Shown: positions 55,301 through 64,000 of the stretch, in pieces | Layout: each line of letters opens with the position of its first letter | How positions within the stretch are numbered: the first letter of the stretch is position 1 | Origin: Ascidiella aspersa | Taxonomy: Eukaryota | Reading direction: 5' to 3' | DNA: 64,000 nt | Assembly (NCBI GenBank): GCA_963924565.1 | Contig: OZ004615.1 | Coordinates: 7,378,001 to 7,442,000 of the forward strand | Position numbers and translations under genes: made by a program | The notes under the pieces: generated by a model | Seen by the model: only the letters and a program-made list of their open reading frames with translations | Told to the model about the DNA's origin: nothing | Database searches by the model: none

Positions 55301-58300
55301 CCCGACTGCGCACGCAAGTCGATGACGTCATGAACGCGGTGACGTCGGGAAACTTCGAGGTGCACCAGATCATCAACCGGCACGAGTTGGGACAGGTTGG
55401 TGTAATTATTATGTAAAGTTCAAAATAAAGTTTTTAGTTGGAACGGTGTGCATTCAAAGAAAATATATTTTAAATATTTTAGATGCTCTTTACTATTTTA
55501 TAGTAGTGCGTTAAATATATCAATATACAAATATATCTATTACAATGAGTACTCACGTTATTTTTATTCGAGTAGATTTATTTTGCGACAATTTGTAGAC
55601 CAACATTTCAATAACGTAGAAAAAATAACACTTTTACATGTTTAGACGTATTGTGGGATTGTGTTTAATTTTCATTTTTACTGTTTCTGCATGTTGATAT
55701 ATATGCCTAACCAAGTACCAACACGTAAAACCTATTGAAAAATGGAAATGTGCCCTGCTAGTGTCCAACGTACCATGCTGATGGAAAGGCCGACACTCCG
55801 GCATGAAAATAACATTACCTCGTCAGTTTATATCAAAAAAGCAGCGCATTTACATTTTTATTCTCCAGCCCCGTCTCGGGCAAGGACGCAAAACACTTGA
55901 CGAGATCACGATGGAGGTGTCGGTGTTTTACGCGCATTGGAAGAAACTCTGGCAGAACTACCAGGAAAAGCTGGAAGGCCAACAACTCAGCGCCTGGTTC
56001 ACGCAGAGCTACAGAACGGTGAGTCTCGCCTGAAAGTGGTTTGTAGGATTGCTGTGTGCATTAGATACTTAAAAAATCGATTCTCGCCAGGTACATCATG
56101 CACGGAAATGTAATGCAGCTTGCTAATGAATCTCAAAGCCAAAAAGGTGGAATAAATCGACATCATCTTGATAAAGGCGTTTCGATACGTTCTTGTATCA
56201 CCAGTCACATTAACTGATGATACAAGAACCTATTCAAACGTCTTTATCAAGATGATGTCGATTTACTCGACGTTTTGGCTTTGCCGATTTTCTATATTTT
56301 GGACAATAAGTGCCGTGATCCAATGCGATACTGTATGACTTCATTACTAAGCTCACGCAAGCAAAATATAGATAAAATAAAAACGTTCGAAAGTATTTTT
56401 TAGACAATTGGCTCATTAGCGTAAATAAATTTATTTACCTCCATTTATTAACCTACTAGTTTCTGATAAATTTCGTTTCCAAGGTAAAAAATGTTTCATT
56501 AGGTCGCGCATCATGGCTGAAATTCCTATAATAATTTGGAATCGAATCGGCACCGATACCACCCTAGTATCGTACGAGTACCGATACTTTAACTTGGAAT
56601 CGAGTATCGGCTCAGATCCGATATTATCGGATTGCGCAATCGCATGTATGCGACAGGACAAGACGATTTTCTTGCTCAGTTTTGACATTAATGTTGATAT
56701 ATTTCATTAAGCATTTAGGTCGTATTTTTGCCATGCTACCAAAAAAGAGACGTTGTTTTATGCATTTCCGATAAGTTTTTTATAAACGAATACGAGTCTG
56801 CAATGAATTGAGAGAATACTGAAAATCAATCGTTTACTTGATATTTTTTATAACTTGAAATCCACTTTGCTGACCCAAAATTGTATTTTGAGTCACGTTT
56901 TTATTTTTTTAACATTGACTTGAATTGATTTCAACTTATACTGCGAGAGCTGGATCACTTAATCAAGTGTTTAACTTCTCGATTCTTGGCGCAGCACTGC
57001 GAAGCTATTAATCGCTTCGAGGGAAGGCTGGCTAGGCTGGACGACAAGATTTCGACTTGCAAGGTCAAGAAGCGAGCTGTCGCCTTACAAGAGGAAGCCA
57101 ACGAGATCTTGATAGAAATACAGGTGATGTAACAACAGTAGGAAGTTTAGCTGGCCAAGAACATTGCTTGTATAATTCCAATCAGGACAAACTACGATTA
57201 ATTAGCAGAATGGCTGTAGTAACGCATTTTTACCCTATCAAACTTGTCACCAACATTAATGCGGACTTTGGTTTAAAAAATCATAAATAAAATGGTTAAA
57301 AAATCTTGAAGGAAAGCGTGAGCTGTTCGTTTTATTTTAATTATTCTTTTCCATTTTATAAAGTGAGTTTGCAGCAGCTATTGGTACTATCGAACACTAT
57401 TTTAAAAATCAGGGTGTTTCTTTTTTTCCCATTTCTACTTTGACCTGACGAAGCACGGTTGTGCGAAAGCTTTCAAGATTCCAATACAGTTTGTCGTTAT
57501 TTAGAGTCATCTGGTTACCCTATCCAGAGTTAGACCAATAAAAAAGATTTCTTTTTTTAAAAAGACTCAGTACCTGGTCGCGGCGCACTAAAGGCTACGT
57601 CTAAGAAAAAACTCCACCTTTCTGACTTTCATTTTTTGATTCGTTTTTTTCTCGCAGGAGGCGAAACTGGAGTGGGAGGAGTTCGCGCGCTCGTGCAAGA
57701 GACGACTGAAGAGCGACAACCCGAGGTTCGAGCGCACCCAGAAGGAGATTGCGGAGGCGCAGATGAAGATAGGAGCGGCGGAGGAAAAAGCGAGCAAGTC
57801 CGCCTCCTCCGCTCACACCATGAGCAAGTTCTACGCGATAACGGAAGAGGTTTGATGATTTTAATTGCTGTGTTTTGTTATTAAACATTGAATGACTGCG
57901 TGGGTTGAGTGGACAGTTCGGAGCTTGTATATCTTTTTTAACATCTTTATAAAATGTCTGACATTATAATACAAGGATTGCTAGACTATTCTGCTGTTGC
58001 CACATTAGGAGTTCAACGTATGTTTTGCAAGGGTTAAGAAGATTTCAAATATTAAACATTTAGTACAACATTAACCTTATATCCACATTATATTTATAAG
58101 ACCCTAATGAAAACTCAAACATTTATAGACATACGAAAACAACGTTGATCTAGCCCTTTAGAACTACTGTAGATTCCCTTTAACATAAAGTCATGCGTAC
58201 GTAGAGGTAGTTGCAATTTTGCCACTGGATAGAGTTTTCTAGTCGATTTTTCTTGCTTAAAACCTTGGTTGATCAAACTGGGTTAGCCCTCTGAAGCCCT

Positions 58301-61300
58301 TCACTATGTCTTTCTGCCAATAACGAACTATAATTTGAATAACCAAAATGTCCCAGACACATCGACATTTTCGATAAAAATATTTAAAAGGTTCTGTCAA
58401 AAGTGTTCGTACGAATTATTGTTAGATTTAAAAACTCACTGAAAAATTGTGAACTTCATACCTGTAGCAAAGCAATTATTCTCACACTATTCCTAATTTT
58501 AAATTGATTTTGTTTATTTTTAGTGCGAATCGTGGAATCGTGAATTGCAAAAGTTGGTGGAGACGATTCGACACAAGTCATCACTCATCAAGTACGTTAT
58601 ACAAGAAAAATCTGGGTTATTATAGTTATACAGGAAGAACGTGGATTTTTATAGTTATACGGAAAAATCTGGGTTATTATCGAACTGCAACTTGACGCAC
58701 CAACATATTTAAATCTTTCTTCTGTTGATGCGTCTTAATTTTCCTAAAAGCATTACCACAAATGATTTTTTTGAATCTTTGCTCTTGTAGCAGCACGCCC
58801 TTTGAAAAGATTAAAAAAAAAACATTCACACAAAACATTAAGCACGAGGCTTGACAGTTAAAGTAAAAGAGATCACCGAAACATCAACATTCGCCACCTA
58901 CGACCCGCAGTCTCCGGGTTTCAAAAGGAAACAGCAGCAACTCTCAACATTTGTTCATCGCTATATTGCAGGACTTCAGACGAAGTGGACGACCTCGTGA
59001 GGCAGCTTGGCAAGAACGTTCTCGAACGTTTGGAGGAACAGCGAGATCGCACGCACAAGTTCGCCTCCATCATCGTCGAGGCCGAGCAAATTGCGGAACG
59101 GGGATGCGGCGAGGCGATTGCAGTGGACGTTCCGCCTTTCCGCAAAATGATGAAGCGAAAACAAAGCGATATCGTCGAGTCGGTCAGCAACCTCAGGTAT
59201 ATCATTTTAACTGTCTCTGGCACGCACAACGCCATTGTAAGGTGCTCCACGCTCTGACCTGGCGAGGTTGTTCATCAGGGGATATCTATTCCAGGGACCT
59301 TGCATCCACATATTTTAACGCGATTAGTATGGGCCAAACGAATTTTGGACTAGATTCACCTCAAGTAAATTAGGGGCAACCAAAAGTCCATTTTAAGGTG
59401 TTCCTCTTTCTGTCCTGATCGATGTGGGATTATTGTGAACCATACAGTTCGAAAGAGTGCTCACTGCTCACTCACAAATACAATTTTACAGTCACAGTAG
59501 CCGGGCAATACACTGAAGCAATCAAGTGAGCGATAAATCAGAAAGACTTAGTGTTGTTATGCCCTGTATATTTGCAGATAAAAACTTGACTAACCAAATG
59601 TGATAAAATGTTTAATTTAAAAAATGGCCACCAAACTAATGGTCAGAGTATTCGTGTCGCAGGCCTGAAACTTAAGCCTTTCACGGGCCAAATATTTTTG
59701 GTCTGTCGGCCCAATTTGGCCCTTGGGCCATATGTTACACACCCCTGATTAAAACTTATTGCTGTTAGCCTAGCATGTCCATGCGGGGCGATATGAAAGC
59801 AAGCTTAAGTATTGCTTCAACCGTCAACCAGCAGGTGGGCACTGCTAAAGAGAAACTGCAAGTAAAATTTGGCTTTCACAAAACCTTCCAGCAAAAGCAA
59901 AATGACTGTCGCCTGTGCAGTATGCAATGTGTTTTTGTTGTATGTCTTCGGACTAGTTTTACTAGGGTTTTTGTTTCCATAGATACTGATGATGCCATCG
60001 TTGGCGAAATATAGATATATTCTCTAACATTTACTAAAATGTCTGACTATACCACTGTTACTTATCAGGAGTTGAAGTTGACATTTGTTTGATAGGGTCA
60101 GGGCGATTTCAAACATTTCACATGCGACATCTCAAAAACATGTATCAATCGTACATTCGATAAAAGCCAACAACAAACTATACTTTAGCGTTTACAGCAG
60201 GCATTTTATGTCATACCGTCCCTTTTCTTCAGGTCAGAGGTGGATCACTTGCATTCGCGCCTGGAAGAGGTTAAAAGCACTTACAGCGAGCCCCAGTCGC
60301 CCATAGCAACCCACAGCGCCCCACCAACCCACTTACCGGAACCAGAGACGCCCCGGATGGTCCCCGGCACCCACCTCATCCCGTTCAGGGAGCCCGAACC
60401 CCCTCAAACCCCCACCCTTGTACCCCCGCCGGCCTTTCCCGAGCGCAAGTTCGAGCCCTACGATATGTCGGTGCTCCTGGATGAAAATCTCAAAAAGAGC
60501 AGCGGGGAGGAAGAGTCGGACTCCGCTCCTCTTCCGAAAAAGATCGAGAAAAAGGAGCTCTTTACACCACCTCCGCCGCCTTCTCTCCCTAGATATGATG
60601 AAGGTAAACCTTGTTTTCTGTTTTCTATGTTTTACACGTGTTTTCGTAAGAAACGCGATGGAACTGTAAAAGATTGTAATAAGAAGTCTTTTTTCATTGT
60701 ATGTTTGTGTTTGGGTTATTGCGATAATGATCACGCCACAAAAAATATGAAAATGACATATTTTTTAACTTATTATAAAATAAATACCAAACATAGCAAA
60801 GCTCGCAACGCTTTTGTGTAAAAACATTAAATATGAAGATTTTAACTTTTACCCTTGGCTATGTTAGTTTGTTTTATGTATGGGATGGCGTAATCCAATA
60901 TCGTAAGATAATGGTGTTTGGACGTTCATATTGTTAGTTACACACAAATGTCTTGTCTTTTTTCATGCGTAAATTAAAGCAGTGGATTTACATTTCTTCC
61001 CAGCTCCTCTTACGCGCACGGTTGGACGTCCATCTGCGAGTCCTCTCCTCGCGTCCACCGACACATCCTCATCCTCCTTCTCCGTGTCCTCCGCATCGGA
61101 AGAGTACCTGGTGGAGTCTGTGACCTCAGACAGCGACGAGAATAGAGTTGTGACAGGTCGGTGGTGAGCAACGCGTATAAGACAAAATACACACACACTT
61201 GAAAGTATTTCCCTGGTTTTAAAGTTTCCTTTTTTAAGCCATTTTTGTTTGAATTAAGCGTTCTGTTATGAAAGAATAGGTCAGTGTTTCTTAAACTTTT

Positions 61301-63137
61301 TTTGTTTTGTTCACTCCTATCATCGATCTCCAGATTTCATTCACCCTTGTCTAATGATATGATAAAACTATCTCGTTTATATATAACAGCACAAAATGAT
61401 TTAGGTTGTTTCGATTTTTGTTAAGATCAACTCAAGCTAGGTTTTACCACTGAAAATATACAATCTCTCGATTCCAGAAATATAAATCTACAAAAGCACA
61501 AAACACAGTTTTTTTTTTTGTATTGAACACTTAGTGCAAACCAACTTCACTATTACAATAAGCAAAAAACACCAAAAAACAACAATTCAGTAGTTGATTT
61601 ACTGCAGAGCTATCATGCATTTCTGACGGTTCACCCTTATTCACCCCCTTTGATTGGTTCACCCCTGCAAAAATTTTGTTCACCCTGGGGTGAACCATTC
61701 ACCAGTTTAAGAAACCTTGGAATAGGTTACAATCCGCAATATAGCATTTTGCCTGGTGTTTCTTTAGAACTATTGTTTCTATGCTTTATATACTCGTAGA
61801 GTACTGGGTTTTACTAAATTCGAAAATCTCAAGCATTTAACAGTTATTTGAGTATGTGACAGTTGTGACACTGTATCCTGACGGTGCTTGTAGCTTCTTA
61901 CATGGCGAATAATCCACGTTTCTAACGTTTACATTTTTATACTAAATGTCAAACGAATTAAAATAAAACCCCCATAGTTAAAGTAGCATGATTGTCACTA
62001 TAAGTATGACCGAAACGTAACTTGGTAAACAAGCCAATAACAAATAACAGTGCAACTAATGATGATGCAAGTACGTATCGAAACGTATTTACCAAGATGA
62101 TGTCAATTTAGTCGACATTTTGGGTTTTAAGAATCATTAATTAATTATCAAGCTACATTACAGATTCGGGCATAGTGTACAGTGTTGTAAACAAGTCATT
62201 TTGAAATGACTTAAGTCCCAGTCAAGTTATTTGCAAAATAACTTAAGTCCAAGTCAAGTCTTTGAATAAATAACAAGTCAAGTCCCAGTCCAAGTCATCA
62301 GTTGCGCAAGTTAAGTCCCAGTCAAGTCATAATTAGAGCAAGTCATGTCCTTGTCATAAAAATAAAACGTTAAACTATTATAATTTTTAAACTCGTATGA
62401 TTATGAACAATAACTGAACTAAAAAATAAGGAAAACGGATAATATAGCAGGCAATTTGTTTTTTGTGCAAAAAATTGGACAAATAGCTCAATTTTATTAA
62501 AAAAATACTTAAAAAAATGCTTTATTTCAACCCAAGTCATTTGTTCAAAAGACTTAAGTCAAGTCAAGTCATTTGTCCGAAAGACTTAAGTCAAGTCAAG
62601 TTATTTTGCCCAAATGACTTAAGTCAAGTCAAGTTATTTAGAAACAATGACTTAAAAAGTGCACTTAAGTCAAGTCATTGACTTAAGTCATTACAACACT
62701 GATAGTGTACAAAAGTAATTTTATTTAGCAGAAAATCCCACTCCAAAACCAACACTATATTTATAAAGATCATAAATCTAGGGTTCTTAACAGTTGTTTT
62801 TTGTAAAGAGTGGCTTTGTCTCAGATGTTCTTGCGTCTATCTTAGCAAATTACCTGAACTCATGCTATTTTTCATAGCACGAAAAGTTGACAGGACCGCG
62901 TCAGACCGTAGCGACCGCGACACTTCCACGTCGTCGGTGACCACTAACAGCAGGGGACAGACGCCGCCGCCCAAGCCGCCGCGACACGCGACACAACATC
63001 GGCGCAGCAGCGACAAGCGACAGCGCAGACAGGAGCGTCAGCGCTTCTGGGAAAGGGACCTCGACCAGTACGCGGCAGCTTGGCTGGCAGAACGTGAGGG
63101 GAATGCCCCTAAAGAGGAAGCGCAAGGTTGTGAGAAG
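40316..63137 (+). CDS. CCDC141: CCDC141-like spectrin-repeat/coiled-coil module followed by a Pro/Ser-rich region; probably 3'-incomplete
   Basis: Exons 40316-40438, 41617-41874, 42864-43067, 44373-44522, 45140-45259, 45799-45984, 46637-46794, 48196-48352, 48919-49041, 49531-49722, 50584-50767, 51455-51624, 52117-52275, 53382-53591, 55177-55395, 55869-56018, 56995-57123, 57658-57849, 58524-58591, 58972-59196, 60233-60603, 61004-61156, 62878-(63126 or 63137), phase-consistent. WVRMKLVQCSPSAFEIGRNLKEAQKLQEQHEQLLGKIK and AMSHSLCDLWQDLNELLARRHSLLNTSVRFY align to recalled human CCDC141 (WVQLQLAESQPNLLEIG...[40 protein letters not shown]). Confidence 0.85.
41982..42268. mobile_element. hAT-type MITE, same family as 27011-27356
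   Basis: Ends aagggatttctaaac / gtttaagaacccctg; TSD agttaagg / aattaagg (7/8). Confidence 0.75.
47170..47930. mobile_element. Degenerate hAT-type MITE
   Basis: Left caacgtgttcaacctgcggcc, right ggttggacacccctg, with ctagat-like sequence at both ends; boundaries approximate. Confidence 0.5.
51056..51345. mobile_element. MITE with AATTAC internal repeats
   Basis: TIR agagttagatcaatt / aattgatcaaactct; many caattac(a) units. Confidence 0.65.
52725..53350. mobile_element. hAT-type MITE of the GACTTAAGTC family with internal ~70-bp tandem triplication
   Basis: TIR CAGTGTTGTAA / TTACAACACTG; dense GACTT/AAGTC repeats; three ~70-bp units at ~53090-53325; TSD ctattata / ttataata (6/8). Confidence 0.85.
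53575..54620 (+). repeat. ~400-bp tandem repeat, ~2.6 copies, starting inside exon 53382-53591
   Basis: Units start at ~53575, ~53976 and ~54381 with cgaaaa(a)cgtt(g/a)t(t/a)aaggtttgg and remain colinear. Confidence 0.9.
61282..61719. mobile_element. hAT-type MITE with TTCACCC subterminal repeats
   Basis: Ends cagtgtttcttaaac / gtttaagaaaccttg; flanked by gaataggt on both sides. Confidence 0.7.
62180..62701. mobile_element. hAT-type MITE of the GACTTAAGTC family, opposite orientation to 52725-53350
   Basis: TIR CAGTGTTGTAA / TTACAACACTG; perfect 8-bp TSD ATAGTGTA. Confidence 0.92.
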
Positions 63138-64000
63138 GTATACTGCAAATTCAAGTAAAGCCCCTCTCTCTCACCGTAACACGTCACTTTCCATATTTTC
63201 TTGTCATCACGTGATTTGTTTTCTCACGCATTGGTGATTTTTGCTGTCACGTGACTGATCTGCGCACCTTTCTTTCCTTGCACTGCTAACACACGCCGAC
63301 CACTATTTAACTCATTATCGTACACGAGTGTATTGTTACTAATATTGTCGGTAAACACTCCAAGTGTTTTATTTAACACTTCAAAGTTCATGTAAAGTTC
63401 GTCAAATTACAAAAGTGTTTTTATTGTACGCGTATAAATGTTTTCTTTCGTTGCCAAAATCGTTTCACCTCCGTTAACAAACTGTTGCACACTGTTTACT
63501 TCACGAGACCAATAACCTACATTCAATTTGTTGTCACTTTTTGTCGATTTTTAATATGCAGGGCTTGTCAGCATGATCATAGTAACACACTCAAAATTAA
63601 AATTGCCAAAAGGCTTATTACTACATTTGCAAGAACATTTCACTAAGAAATAAAAAGACTACAAGTTTACTGATGTTCATTTCGCTACAAACTGTTTTTT
63701 TGTTTTTCTTTACGTTTATTTCACTGTGTGGCCGCCATTCACCCATTTTGTACAAACGCTACTTTTAATTTATTAATTTACATTCTTTTCCAAACTTTCA
63801 TTTTCACTTCATCATATAGTTTTAGTAATAAAGTATTCAAATAACAATCGGTTTGGTGAATTCGCATTGATTGCAAAATCAAATGCACCATGTAAAGATA
63901 TAAAGAATAGTTCTTAATTTTAAAAAACAAGTTGATTAAACTTGTATCACACACTTTTGTGTTAAGGATTTAAAATCGAAATACGATAGTTAAAAGCAAC

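Overview
AT-rich, intron-dense eukaryotic genomic DNA from an invertebrate deuterostome, most likely a tunicate/ascidian (inferred from compact introns, GC-rich exons and dense hAT-type MITEs). Three protein-coding loci can be assembled by hand. (1) A complete 7-exon cytosolic 5'-nucleotidase III gene (NT5C3, + strand, 4352-10367). (2) A giant + strand SEC14/spectrin-repeat gene from 13120 with no stop codon found by 63137, probably continuing past the window. Its first 24 exons are SESTD1-like and can splice in frame (37751->40316) into a CCDC141-like exon series. That series also has its own internal ATG-bearing first exon (39265-39816), so one locus could give a SESTD1-CCDC141 fusion (~2450 aa in the window), a CCDC141-only form and possibly a SESTD1-only form. 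(3) A 5-exon orphan membrane-protein gene nested antisense in one intron (29411->28006), with a single 1-nt frameshift. Mobile DNA includes a structurally complete 2.1-kb non-autonomous LTR retroelement (4-bp TSD, tRNA-Trp-like PBS, PPT), a solo LTR of the same family and many hAT-type MITEs, some nested. Homology calls rest on my recollection of human sequences; no searches were run.
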